Part shown: in pieces, positions 1-9,236 of the stretch
Layout of the letters: each line of letters opens with the position of its first letter
How positions within the stretch are numbered: position 1 is the first letter of the stretch
Source: Acidimicrobiales bacterium
Lineage (GTDB): Bacteria > Actinomycetota > Acidimicrobiia > Acidimicrobiales > SZUA-35
Reading direction: 5' to 3'
DNA: 64,000 bases
Assembly (NCBI GenBank): GCA_965216685.1
Contig: OZ244195.1
Location: forward strand, 3,977,423-4,041,422
Notes under the pieces: generated by a model
What the model was told of the DNA's origin: nothing
Databases searched by the model: none
The model's input: the letters and a program-made list of their open reading frames with translations, nothing else
Position numbers and translations under genes: made by a program

Positions 1-233
1 GCGGCCGGGCCGATCGGTGAAGCGGCCCGGCGGCCGACGAACTCGAAGCCCAGGTCGATGTCGGGGTCTGGTCGCCAGAAACGGCCGGTAGGGAGGTCGA
101 AGATACGGTTGCGGGTCTCGAATTCATGGGCCACTCGCCCCAGCAACCGGTCGAGTCCCATCGGAGTGAGTGGTGCGGTGTCACCGACGTGGTCATACCC
201 GGGATGATTCGTCTGCAGGACGCGCTGGGTCAC
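1..233 (-). CDS. N-terminal part of a YgfK-like (putative selenate reductase / glutamate synthase-like) oxidoreductase, runs off the window edge
   Basis: Manual translation: ...PLTPMGLDRLLGRVAHEFETRNRIFDLPTGRFWRP...FVGRRAASPIGPA, resembling the YgfK N-terminus (RSIFGIP...TPVGPAAGPH). GTG start at 233 is tentative. Confidence 0.6.
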   Translation of the reverse strand, partial: MTQRVLQTNHPGYDHVGDTAPLTPMGLDRLLGRVAHEFETRNRIFDLPTGRFWRPDPDIDLGFEFVGRRAASPIGPA

Positions 234-298
234 GATGGCCAACGTAGTCTCTGTTTAACATTTTGTAAAGCGGTCGTCGGTCGGCTTCGGCCCCTCTG

Positions 299-1090
299 AT
301 GCCCGGGGTTGTGACCTACACTGGCGCCGTGTCAACCTCGGGATCCCGCGGCGGTCGACGCCGGAGCGATACGTCGACTGAGAAGAAGCCGGTGGCCAAG
401 AAGGCGTCGGCCAAGAAGCCGGTGGCCAAGAAGAAGGCGTCGGCCAAGAAGAAGGCGTCGGTGGCGAAGAAGAAGCCGGTGGCCAAGAAGGCGTCGGCGA
501 AGAAGCCGGTGGCGAAGAAGGCGTCGGCGAAGAAGCCGGTGGCGAAGAAGGCGCCGTCGGCCCGGAAGTCAGCCAAGAAGAAGTCGATCGACAAGCGGGT
601 TAGCCGCCGTCGCCCGAGTCGTCCCAGCCGGGGTCGGGCCGCCAAGCCGCTCATCGGATGGCGGGAGTGGGTGGTGCTACCTGAGTTCTCGGCCACGCCC
701 ATCAAGGCCAAGGTCGACAGCGGTGCCGTCACCTCGGCCATCCACGCCTTCGACCTCGAACTGATCACCAGCGGCGACACCACGATCGCCCGTTTCGGCA
801 TCGCCCCGAAGCAACGGTCGCAGGCGGCCCGGACCACGGTCGAGATGCCGGTCCAGCAATTCAAATCGGTGAGATCATCCAACGGTCAAGCCGAGCTTCG
901 TCCGGTCGTACGCACCACGGCCGTGATCGGTGACAAATCTTTCGAGATTGACATCACGCTGGCCTCAAGAGATGCCATGGGATTCCGTATGCTGTTGGGA
1001 AGAAGAGCGGTGCGAAATCGATTCCTGATCGATCCTGGGCGCTCATTCCTGCAGCCGGCCACCCCGGGCGAGCCGGACACCGACCAGTAG
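299..1090 (+). CDS. RimB-like retropepsin-fold protease ('ATP-dependent Zn protease' family) with Lys/Ala-rich N-terminal extension
   Basis: IGWREWV, AKVDSGA (D-S/T-G), [27 protein letters not shown]; directly upstream of rimK. Start may be GTG 329. Confidence 0.85.
   Translation: MPGVVTYTGAVSTSGSRGGRRRSDTSTEKKPVAKKASAKKPVAKKKASAKKKASVAKKKPVAKKASAKKPVAKKASAKKPVAKKAPSARKSAKKKSIDKRVSRRRPSRPSRGRAAKPLIGWREWVVLPEFSATPIKAKVDSGAVTSAIHAFDLELITSGDTTIARFGIAPKQRSQAARTTVEMPVQQFKSVRSSNGQAELRPVVRTTAVIGDKSFEIDITLASRDAMGFRMLLGRRAVRNRFLIDPGRSFLQPATPGEPDTDQ
382..560 (+). repeat. Imperfect ~30-bp tandem coding repeat (AAGAAGCCGGTGGCSAAGAAGGCGTCGGCS) encoding [10 protein letters not shown]
   Basis: Five KKPVAKK units plus degenerate units read directly. 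Confidence 0.9.
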
Positions 1091-1111
1091 AAGGGGGGTG
1101 ATCACCTCACC

Positions 1112-2338
1112 ATGAAACTTGCCGTGCTTTCCCGCCAACCACGGTCATACAGCACGCGGCGCCTTGTCACCGCAGCTCACGAGCGTGGTCACGAGGTGGA
1201 GATCCTCGACACTCTACGGCTGGCCCTCGATCTGTCCGGCGACCACCACGATCTTCTGTACCGAGGTCAGCAGGTGGCCGACTACGACGCCATTGTCCCC
1301 CGGATCGGGGCGTCGATCACCTTCTACGGCATGGCCGTGGTTCGTCAGTTCGAGCAGATGGATGTCTACACGCCGACCACAGCCGATGCCATCGCCAATT
1401 CCCGAGACAAACTGCGATCGATCCAGTTGCTGGCCCGTAACTCCATTCCCATTCCCGACACCACCTTCGTCCGCGATCGAGGCGACGTTCGCCCCGCCAT
1501 CGAACGGGTCGGTGGGGCGCCGGTTGTCATCAAACTCCTGGAGGGCACACAAGGCATCGGCGTGATTCTCGCCCCCGAGGCCAATGTGGCCGAAACCGTG
1601 ATCGAAACCCTGCAGTGGACCAAACAGAATGTGTTGATCCAGCGCTTCGTATCGGAATCCCGGGGCCGTGACATCAGGGCTCTGGTGGTGGGCGATCAGG
1701 TGATTGCCGCCATGCGCCGCATTGGCAAGGGCGATGAGTTCCGGTCCAACGTGCACCGGGGCGGGAGGACCGAACCGGTCGAGCTCGATGACCGATCCCG
1801 CAGGATTGCGGTGCGGGCCGCCCACACCATGGGCCTGCGGATAGCCGGTGTCGACATGTTGGAGGGGGCAACCGGGCCGCTGGTGATGGAAGTCAACTCA
1901 TCGCCCGGGCTACAGGGAATCGAGGGGGCCACCGGGCTCGATGTGGCCGGCGCCATCATCGACTATGTGGCCAGTCAGGTCACGTTTCCCGATCTCGACA
2001 TCCGGCAACGCCTGGCCAACACCCCCGGTTATGGGGTGGCCGAACTCTATATCGGACCGGGGGCGGAACTCATCGATCACACCATCAGGGCCGGACTGCG
2101 TGATCGCGACATCTCGGTGCTGACGCTGGTGCGAGGCGACAATGTCATCCCCAACCCTCGGGAGGACAGGATTCTCGAGGTCGAGGACCGTTTGCTTTGC
2201 TTCGGGAAGCTGTCGGAGATGCGAATGCTGATCCCGGCCCGACGCCGGCGACGGGCCCGACCCAAACCGCAGCCGCTGCCATCCGACCCGTTTGCCGAAC
2301 TCGTGGCCGAGGTGCCGAAAATGGTGGTTGGTGGTTAG
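1112..2338 (+). CDS. rimK: RimK family alpha-L-glutamate ligase (ATP-grasp) with C-terminal TrkA-C/RCK_C domain
   Basis: YSTRRL, PRIGASITFYG, SRDKLRS, KLLEGTQGIGV, FRSNVHRGG, EVNSSPGL; extra ~100 aa with RCK_C pattern (ISVLTLVRG..IPNP...LEVEDRLLCFG). Confidence 0.92.
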   Translation: MKLAVLSRQPRSYSTRRLVTAAHERGHEVEILDTLRLALDLSGDHHDLLYRGQQVADYDAIVPRIGASITFYGMAVVRQFEQMDVYTPTTADAIANSRDKLRSIQLLARNSIPIPDTTFVRDRGDVRPAIERVGGAPVVIKLLEGTQGIGVILAPEANVAETVIETLQWTKQNVLIQRFVSESRGRDIRALVVGDQVIAAMRRIGKGDEFRSNVHRGGRTEPVELDDRSRRIAVRAAHTMGLRIAGVDMLEGATGPLVMEVNSSPGLQGIEGATGLDVAGAIIDYVASQVTFPDLDIRQRLANTPGYGVAELYIGPGAELIDHTIRAGLRDRDISVLTLVRGDNVIPNPREDRILEVEDRLLCFGKLSEMRMLIPARRRRRARPKPQPLPSDPFAELVAEVPKMVVGG

Positions 2339-2370
2339 AACTCCTGCCACCGAGCGCCTGCTCATGGCCT

Positions 2371-3339
2371 ATGGCTAGGAGGAAACGTCCGCCGTTCACC
2401 ATCGCCGGTCGGGAGATCCCGGCCGGGAAGCGGGTCTTCCTCGAGCTGCCGACCGCCCGCCTGGTCTCTGGATCATCGGTGGCGGCACCGCTGGTGGTAC
2501 TGCACGGTCGCACCGACGGCCCGACCGTCTGGATCAGTTCGACCATCCACGGAGACGAGATCAACGGCATCGAAATCATCCGGGAGGTGCTCGGTCATCT
2601 CGACATCCGACAGATCGCCGGCACCCTTGTCGCCGCCCCGATCGTGAACGTGCACGGTTTCATCGCCGGCGATCGCAATCTTCCCGACGGACGAGACCTG
2701 AACCGGTCGTTCCCCGGCACGGCTCGAGGTTCGATGGCGTCACGAATCGCCGACATCTTTATGAAGGAGGTCGTCGGTCGCTGTGACTGCGGATTCGATC
2801 TTCATACCGGGTCGGGTAACCGGGTCAACTGGCCCCAGATCCGGGCCGGACTGGACGATGAGCCGACGATGGAACTGGCCCGGGTCTTCGGTGCCCCGAT
2901 CGCCATCAACGCCAAGACCCGCGACGGGTCGATCCGCCAGGTGGCGTCCGACAACGGAGCGTTGGCCCTGCTGTTCGAGGGAGGGGAGGCCAACCGCTTC
3001 GATCGTCATTCCATCGCCGTCGGTGTCGACGGAATCCGCCGCTGTCTGGCCCACATCGGTATGACACCGCCGGTCGATCTGCCGGCCCCTGCCCCCCTAA
3101 TATCGCACGCCACGAAGTGGACTCGCTCCTCCCGCAGCGGCATCCTCCATCTCGACGTGGAACTGGGCGACCGGGTGAATCGGGGCGAACCCATCGCCGC
3201 CCTCCACGACCCGTTCGGCAAACGGCTGAGCCGAATAAAGGCCCGCTCCAGCGGTGTCGTCATCGGACGCACCCACTCGGCCCTCATCAACCAGGGTGAG
3301 GCCATTGCCCACATCGCCGAGATCGACGAGGCGGAGTAG
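2371..3339 (+). CDS. Succinylglutamate desuccinylase/aspartoacylase family (M14) Zn hydrolase
   Basis: HGDEING, RDLNRSFPG, FDLHTG, EGGE motifs; C-terminal barrel-sandwich domain. Confidence 0.9.
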   Translation: MARRKRPPFTIAGREIPAGKRVFLELPTARLVSGSSVAAPLVVLHGRTDGPTVWISSTIHGDEINGIEIIREVLGHLDIRQIAGTLVAAPIVNVHGFIAGDRNLPDGRDLNRSFPGTARGSMASRIADIFMKEVVGRCDCGFDLHTGSGNRVNWPQIRAGLDDEPTMELARVFGAPIAINAKTRDGSIRQVASDNGALALLFEGGEANRFDRHSIAVGVDGIRRCLAHIGMTPPVDLPAPAPLISHATKWTRSSRSGILHLDVELGDRVNRGEPIAALHDPFGKRLSRIKARSSGVVIGRTHSALINQGEAIAHIAEIDEAE

Positions 3340-3363
3340 ACCCCCGCCCTGCCGCCTCCGGTC

Positions 3364-3474
3364 TGTGCGCTCCACCGTTCACCGGTGAACGCTGGGACGC
3401 ACACAACCAAGGACGGCGGTGGATGGGGGTGTTGTGTGCGCTCCACGCCCCGGAACCGGGGCGTGGAGCGCACA
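3364..3474. repeat. Inverted doublet of 40-bp REP-like palindromes (TGTGCGCTCCA...TGG(A/G)(G/A)CGCACA)
   Basis: Copy 3364-3403 is imperfect; copy 3435-3474 is a perfect 19-bp stem with AA loop; lies between convergent genes. Confidence 0.85.
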
Positions 3475-3502
3475 GAAAGAAAGAAGGGCGGGGCTAGAAC
3501 AG

Positions 3503-4246
3503 CTAGTTGGCGGCGGGGGTGTTGTCGAGGAGGAAGTCCTCGACTTTGGCCATGGCCACCTTGCGGGCCGGTTCTTCCTTCCAGGTGTCGATGACGGCGG
3601 AGTTGGTGGCGGCGTCGGCCAACGCTCGGGAGGCGGAGGTCGGATGGTAGATGTCATCGCCCATGAGTACCAGGAACGGTGTGTCAACGGCGGCGAAGGC
3701 TTCGGGCCCGACGGCGAAGAACTGCTTGTCGCCGCCGTACATGTTTTGGCCGAATACCTTCCAGGCTTCGTCGTGCACGTCGGGTCGCTTCGGTTTCAAA
3801 TCGTCGACCCAGCCGTCGTACATGTCGAGGAAAGCATCGCGATTGTCGTCGAGCCCTATGGTCTGAAAGACCACAGCCGACGCCAGCCGCTCGGGGGCGG
3901 CGGTGGCCAGTGCCCCGATGAAGGCACCGCCGATGCACATTCCGACCACGTGAAAGCGGCCGATGCCCAAATGGTTCATCAAGGCCAGCTGGTCGTCGGT
4001 GTAGGTGTGCCAGCCATCGTCGCTGGTGATGGGACCGGTTGAGCGGCCGGCATTGCGCTGGTCCATGGCGATCACCTGGTGGTTGGCCGACAGTTGCCGG
4101 ATCGGGTTCCAGGGGGCATTCTGCCAGGCCGACAGCGTGGATCGCATGCCACCGGGGGCCAGGAGCAGGACAGGGAATCCCTCGCCTTCCACCTCGTAGT
4201 AGAGGCTGACGATTCCCGTCTCCGTGGCACGCGCAAAACTGGGCAT
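3503..4246 (-). CDS. Alpha/beta hydrolase (Cys at nucleophile elbow)
   Basis: LLLAPGG, MDQRNAGRS, GMCIGG elbow, GDDIYHP. Confidence 0.8.
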   Translation of the reverse strand: MPSFARATETGIVSLYYEVEGEGFPVLLLAPGGMRSTLSAWQNAPWNPIRQLSANHQVIAMDQRNAGRSTGPITSDDGWHTYTDDQLALMNHLGIGRFHVVGMCIGGAFIGALATAAPERLASAVVFQTIGLDDNRDAFLDMYDGWVDDLKPKRPDVHDEAWKVFGQNMYGGDKQFFAVGPEAFAAVDTPFLVLMGDDIYHPTSASRALADAATNSAVIDTWKEEPARKVAMAKVEDFLLDNTPAAN

Positions 4247-4329
4247 GTCCCAGATTGTAGTAACAGGTTCGGGCCCACCGGTGACCACCAAGAATGTACG
4301 GTCCGGCGGCGGTCAACTAAGCTCCGGCC

Positions 4330-4953
4330 ATGGCTGGGATGACGTTGGCCGACAAGGCCGGACAGGCAACGCTGGAACGTGTGGGCAAGACGCTCTGGGG
4401 ATTCAGACCCAATCTGATGCATGACATCGTCGACCGGCACGGGCCGATGAAGTCAGTTGGCTGGTTCGCCAGGAACATGCCCTACTACGAGCGAATCCTG
4501 CGGGACTGGGGCCCGATCCGAACCCATCTGGTGGCCACCATTGCCTCGACCCTGAACGGCTGTCGATACTGCACCTACGGCCACGCCTATGCCCTCGAGC
4601 TGCACTATTTCGCCACCCACGATCGCCTGATGGCGGCCGACGAGCGGGAGATCGAGAGCTGGTGCTCGCTCGACGACCACGAGGTGGAGGTACGGTTCCG
4701 GCGGCTGCTGTTCGATTCATCGCTGGAGGAGGAGCTGCCCGTTCTGAACCGGTTGCTCGAACTGCGGTCCGGCGCCGAGCCCGCCTCGTCGACCGACGAT
4801 CGCTATACCGCCCACCTGCTTTCCATGTTCGACTTCCTCAACAGCTGCGGTATCGGCGCCGCTACCGCCACCGACGAAGCTCATGATCCGATCAACAAAG
4901 ACGTTGATCTTCGCCGCCGTTATGACGAGCGGCGGAGCCGGCAGAAGGAGTAG
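4330..4953 (+). CDS. AhpD/carboxymuconolactone decarboxylase-like protein
   Basis: ASTLNGCRYCTYGH (CxxC...H) motif. Confidence 0.6.
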   Translation: MAGMTLADKAGQATLERVGKTLWGFRPNLMHDIVDRHGPMKSVGWFARNMPYYERILRDWGPIRTHLVATIASTLNGCRYCTYGHAYALELHYFATHDRLMAADEREIESWCSLDDHEVEVRFRRLLFDSSLEEELPVLNRLLELRSGAEPASSTDDRYTAHLLSMFDFLNSCGIGAATATDEAHDPINKDVDLRRRYDERRSRQKE

Positions 4954-4984
4954 TCGGCCGGGCCCGTTGTCATCAGGTGAAAGT

Positions 4985-5008
4985 AGTCGAAAAAATCTGA
5001 TTTCGACT
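4985..5008. promoter_or_regulatory. Candidate operator: perfect 8-bp inverted repeat AGTCGAAA-N8-TTTCGACT upstream of the mttB-like/gcvT operon
   Basis: Palindrome in an AT-rich intergenic patch ~80 bp before the start codon. Confidence 0.4.
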
Positions 5009-5085
5009 CTGGTCAACGAGGGTCCCAACCGGTAGTCTCTGGCGAACTGCCCGTCCGGGTGGGGAGTCCATTCTTCTTTCGGTAG

Positions 5086-6645
5086 GTGACAGTGGCCGAC
5101 GGAGCCCAAACCCGCAGGCGACGCCGAGGTCGGCGCCGGGATGGCGGCACAGCCTCGGCCAACGGAAAGGTGGAACAGCCTCCGCCGTCCCAGCCCAAAC
5201 GGCTGATGGCTCCGGCCGAGCTGCTTTCCGGCGACGAGATCGAGGCCATTCACCAGGCCTCTGTCCGGGTGTTGCGGGATACGGGAATGGACGTGCTGAA
5301 CGCCCAAGCCCGCCGAATGCTGGCCGATGCCGGCGCCGACGTCAACGATGAGAGGGTGCGATTCGATCCCGAGATGATCGACGACTACATCTCGTCGACT
5401 CCGGCCGAGTTCGACTTCCACTCCCGCAATCCGGATCGTACCCTCCGCATCGGTGGCCCGTGGGTGGCGTTTTCCTGCGTGGCCAGTGCCCCCAATGTGT
5501 CCGACCAACGTGGCGGTCGGCGCACCGGCAACCGGGTGGATCACGCCAACCTGGTCCGCCTGGCCCAGGTGCTCAACACCGTGCACCTGCTCGGCGGTTA
5601 CCCGGTCGAACCGACCGACGTCCATCCGTCCGTTCGTCACCTCCACGCCACCCAGGATCAATTGGTGCTGAGCGACAAGCCGATCCACGCCTACAGCCTG
5701 GGGGCGCAACGCAACCGGGACTGCCTGGAGATGGTGCGGATCGCCCGGGGGGCCAGCCCCGAGCAGCTGGAGGCCGAGCCGTCAATCGTCTCCATCATCA
5801 ACACCTCGTCGCCGCTGCGGCTCGACGACCCGATGGCCCAGGGCATCATCGAGTTCTCGGCCCGCAACCAACTCATCGTGATCACCCCGTTCACTCTGGC
5901 CGGAGCCATGGCCCCGGTGACTCTGGCCGGGGCTCTGGTTCAGCAGAACGCCGAGGCCTTGGCCGGCATCGTGTTCACCCAGGTGGTCCGGCGGGGCGCC
6001 CCGGTCATGTATGGCGGCTTCACCTCCAACGTCGACATGAAATCGGGGTCACCGGCGTTCGGGACGCCCGAGTATCTGAAGGCCGCCATCATCGGCGGGC
6101 AGCTGGCCCGCCGCTACGGGATTCCCTACCGTTCGTCCAACGTCAGTGCCGGCAATGCCCTCGACGCCCAAGCCGCCTACGAGTCGATGTTCTCGCTGTG
6201 GGGGGCCATCACCGGCGGAGCCAATCTGGTCAAGCACGCCGCCGGCTGGATGGAGGGCGGACTGGTGGCGTCGTTCGAAAAGATGGTGCTCGACGCCGAC
6301 CTGCTGGGCATGGTCACCGAGTTCCTCCGCCCCCTCGATCTTGACCCCGAGGCTCTGGCGGTGGCCGCCATCGACGAGGTCGGGCCCGGTGGTCACTTCT
6401 TCGGCATCGATCACACCCAGCACCGGTACCGCACCGCCTTCTTCCATCCGATGTTGTCGGACTGGCGAAACTACGAGTCGTGGGTGGAGGCGGGATCGCC
6501 GACCACCGACCAGAAGATGGCCGAAATGGTCGAGAAACTCTTGGCTGAACACGTCGACCCTCCTATGGACCCCGATCGCCGGGCCGAACTGGATGAGTTC
6601 GTGGCTCGACGGGTGGCCGAAGGAGGGGTGGCCACCGACTTCTGA
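5086..6645 (+). CDS. Trimethylamine methyltransferase (MttB) family, non-pyrrolysine, MtgB-like; paralog 1
   Basis: EPTDV, INTSSPLRLD, TPFTLAGAMAPVTLAG, DMKSGSPAFGTPE, DAQAAYES, HAAGWMEGGL, GPGGHFFG; no in-frame TAG. Confidence 0.92.
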   Translation: MTVADGAQTRRRRRGRRRDGGTASANGKVEQPPPSQPKRLMAPAELLSGDEIEAIHQASVRVLRDTGMDVLNAQARRMLADAGADVNDERVRFDPEMIDDYISSTPAEFDFHSRNPDRTLRIGGPWVAFSCVASAPNVSDQRGGRRTGNRVDHANLVRLAQVLNTVHLLGGYPVEPTDVHPSVRHLHATQDQLVLSDKPIHAYSLGAQRNRDCLEMVRIARGASPEQLEAEPSIVSIINTSSPLRLDDPMAQGIIEFSARNQLIVITPFTLAGAMAPVTLAGALVQQNAEALAGIVFTQVVRRGAPVMYGGFTSNVDMKSGSPAFGTPEYLKAAIIGGQLARRYGIPYRSSNVSAGNALDAQAAYESMFSLWGAITGGANLVKHAAGWMEGGLVASFEKMVLDADLLGMVTEFLRPLDLDPEALAVAAIDEVGPGGHFFGIDHTQHRYRTAFFHPMLSDWRNYESWVEAGSPTTDQKMAEMVEKLLAEHVDPPMDPDRRAELDEFVARRVAEGGVATDF

Positions 6646-6680
6646 GCAGCACGACAACCTCACAGAAAGCGACGGCAGGA

Positions 6681-9236
6681 ATGAAGACAACGGCCCAGGT
6701 GGTGGTCATCGGTGGCGGGGTGGTAGGTGCCAGTGTGCTCTATCACCTCACCAAGAACGGCTGGACCGACGTGGTGCTTCTGGAGCGGGATGAGCTGACG
6801 GCCGGCTCGACCTGGCATTCGGCCGGTGGTATGCACACCCTCAATGGCGACCCCAATGTGGCCAAACTTCAGCAGTACACCATCGAGCTCTACCGTGAGA
6901 TCGAGGCCCTGTCGGGCCGCGACTGCGGCATCCACATCACCGGCGGGGTGTTGCTGGCCGACACGCCGGAACGCCTCGACTGGCTGAAGATGGCCCACGC
7001 CCGGGGCCGCTATCTGGGCATGGAAACCGAGCTCATCTCGCTCGACGACGCGGCCCGGCGCATGCCGTTCATGGACACCAGCTACTTCGTCGGCGCCATG
7101 TTCGACGCTCACGAAGGCCACGTCGATCCGACCGGGGTGACCAACGCCTACGCCACCGTGGCCCGCAACAACGGGGCCGAGGTGTATCGCAAGGCCTGGG
7201 CCCGGGCCATCACCCCGGTCACCGACGGCACAGCCGGCGTTGACGGCCGCTGGGATGTTCACGTTCACGATCCGGCCAGTGGTGAGGCCAAAGGCACGAT
7301 CCGCTGTGAGCACGTGGTCAACGCCGGCGGCCTGTGGGCCCGGGAGGTGGGTCGCATGGTCGGCCTGGAGCTACCGCTGCTGGCCATGGAACACATGTAT
7401 CTGATCACCGAGCCGATTCCGGAACTGGCCGAGTTCAATGCCACCGTCGGCGAGATGACCCACGCCATTGATTTCGCCGGCGAGATCTACATGCGTCAGG
7501 AGGGGGCCGGTCTCCTGCTGGGCACCTACGAGCGCAATTGTGTGCCCTGGTCGCCGGGCGAGACCCCGTGGGATTTCGGTATGCGGCTGTTGACCCCCGA
7601 CCTGGAACGCATCGCCGAGTCTCTCGACACCGGGTTCAAGCACTTTCCGATATTCGCCGAGGTCGGCATCAAGCAGGTCATCAACGGTCCGTTCACCTTC
7701 GCCCCCGACGGCAACCCCCTGCTGGGCCCGGTGCGGGGCCTACCCGGCTACTGGTCGGCCTGCGCGGTGATGGCCGGACTGTCCCAGGGCGGTGGGGTCG
7801 GTCTGGCCCTGGCCAACTGGGTGACCGAGGGTGACCCGGGGTTCGACGTGTGGGGCATGGACATCGCCCGATTCGGCGACTTCGCCACCAAGAGCTACAC
7901 CAACACCAAGGTGCGGGAGAACTACTCGCGCCGCTTCCGCATCCAGTTCCCCAACGAATTCCTGCCCGAGGGCCGGCCGTTGCAGACCTCGCCCATCTTC
8001 GACCGATTGTCGGCGGCCAATGCCGTCTGGGGTTCGGCCTTCGGTTTGGAGTCGGCCCTGTGGTTCCAGGCTGAAGGCAAGGAGCCGATCGAAGACGTCA
8101 CGTTCGGCCGGTCCAACGCCTGGGACAAGGTACGGGCCGAAACGCTGGCGGTCCGCAACGGGGTGGGTTTGATGGAAACCACCGGATTCTCCAAGTTCGA
8201 GTTCACCGGGCCGGGAGCCCGGGACTTTCTCGATCACTTGATCACCAACACCGTGCCCCGACCGGGACGTATGGCCTTGGCCCCCATGGTCAACCACAAT
8301 GGCAAGCTGGTGGGTGACCTGACGATCGCCTGTCTGCCCGGGGCGGCGGGGGAGGCTCTCGGACCGGCCTCGACCGTGACCGCCGGGGCCACCGCCAACA
8401 CCGGTCGGCAGGAACGATTTGTGGTGTTCGGCTCCGGTGTCGCCGAGCGGTACTACGAGCGATGGTTCGATCAGGTGCTGGCCGCTCTGGCCCCCGATCA
8501 CGCTCCTCTGTCTTATCGCACGCTGGGTTATGAGTTGTGCGGACTGTCGATCGCCGGGCCGGCGGCCCGGGAGGTGCTGGCTGTCGTCACCGATGACGAC
8601 GTCTCCAACCAGGCGTTCCGGTTCATGGCCTTCCGGTCGATCAACGTCGGATGGGCTCCCGTCTGGTGCGGACGGGTCAGTTTCACCGGCGACCTCGGGT
8701 ATGAGCTGTGGATGCCGGCCAGCTATCAGCGCTACGTGTACGACCTTCTCTTGGCGGCCGGGCGGGAGCACGATCTGCGGCTGTTCGGGCTCCACGCCCT
8801 CAATTCGCTTCGGCTCGACAAGAGCTTCGGAGGCTGGGCCCGGGAGTACCGCCCGATCTATGACCCCTACGAGGCGGGCCTGGGCCGCTTCGTCAAAATG
8901 GAGAAGCCCTTCCTCGGCCGGGATGCCCTGGCCGCAGTGGCCGAAGCCGGGCCGCAGCGCCGCTTGCTGACCTGGACGGTCGACACCGAACCGGGTCTGG
9001 CCGGGGCCGACGTCATCGGCGACGAACCGGTGTGGTACGAGGGCGAGGTGGTCGGTTGGGTCACCTCCGGCGGATACTCCCACCATCTCGACACCTCGGT
9101 CGCGCTCGGCTATGTGCCGGCCGAGGTGGAAGGGGCGGCTGGACGGTTCGAGATCGAGGTCGTGGGTGAACGTCGCCCGGCCCATCAGGTCGAGGGTTGC
9201 CTGTGGGATGTCGAAGCCACCCGTATGCGGGCGTGA
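6681..9236 (+). CDS. GcvT-family dimethylglycine/sarcosine dehydrogenase-like flavoprotein
   Basis: GGGVVG FAD motif, GSTWHSAG (covalent FAD His), INGPFTFAPDGNPLLG, RVSFTGDLGYE, GWVTSGGY. Confidence 0.9.
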   Translation: MKTTAQVVVIGGGVVGASVLYHLTKNGWTDVVLLERDELTAGSTWHSAGGMHTLNGDPNVAKLQQYTIELYREIEALSGRDCGIHITGGVLLADTPERLDWLKMAHARGRYLGMETELISLDDAARRMPFMDTSYFVGAMFDAHEGHVDPTGVTNAYATVARNNGAEVYRKAWARAITPVTDGTAGVDGRWDVHVHDPASGEAKGTIRCEHVVNAGGLWAREVGRMVGLELPLLAMEHMYLITEPIPELAEFNATVGEMTHAIDFAGEIYMRQEGAGLLLGTYERNCVPWSPGETPWDFGMRLLTPDLERIAESLDTGFKHFPIFAEVGIKQVINGPFTFAPDGNPLLGPVRGLPGYWSACAVMAGLSQGGGVGLALANWVTEGDPGFDVWGMDIARFGDFATKSYTNTKVRENYSRRFRIQFPNEFLPEGRPLQTSPIFDRLSAANAVWGSAFGLESALWFQAEGKEPIEDVTFGRSNAWDKVRAETLAVRNGVGLMETTGFSKFEFTGPGARDFLDHLITNTVPRPGRMALAPMVNHNGKLVGDLTIACLPGAAGEALGPASTVTAGATANTGRQERFVVFGSGVAERYYERWFDQVLAALAPDHAPLSYRTLGYELCGLSIAGPAAREVLAVVTDDDVSNQAFRFMAFRSINVGWAPVWCGRVSFTGDLGYELWMPASYQRYVYDLLLAAGREHDLRLFGLHALNSLRLDKSFGGWAREYRPIYDPYEAGLGRFVKMEKPFLGRDALAAVAEAGPQRRLLTWTVDTEPGLAGADVIGDEPVWYEGEVVGWVTSGGYSHHLDTSVALGYVPAEVEGAAGRFEIEVVGERRPAHQVEGCLWDVEATRMRA

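Noticed and set aside
3364-3474. Possible mini-CRISPR array
   Set aside because: Two inverted, non-identical palindromes, no spacer series and no cas genes
5086-6645. Pyrrolysine recoding in the MttB-family genes
   Set aside because: Both paralogs are open throughout with no in-frame TAG; no pyl genes seen
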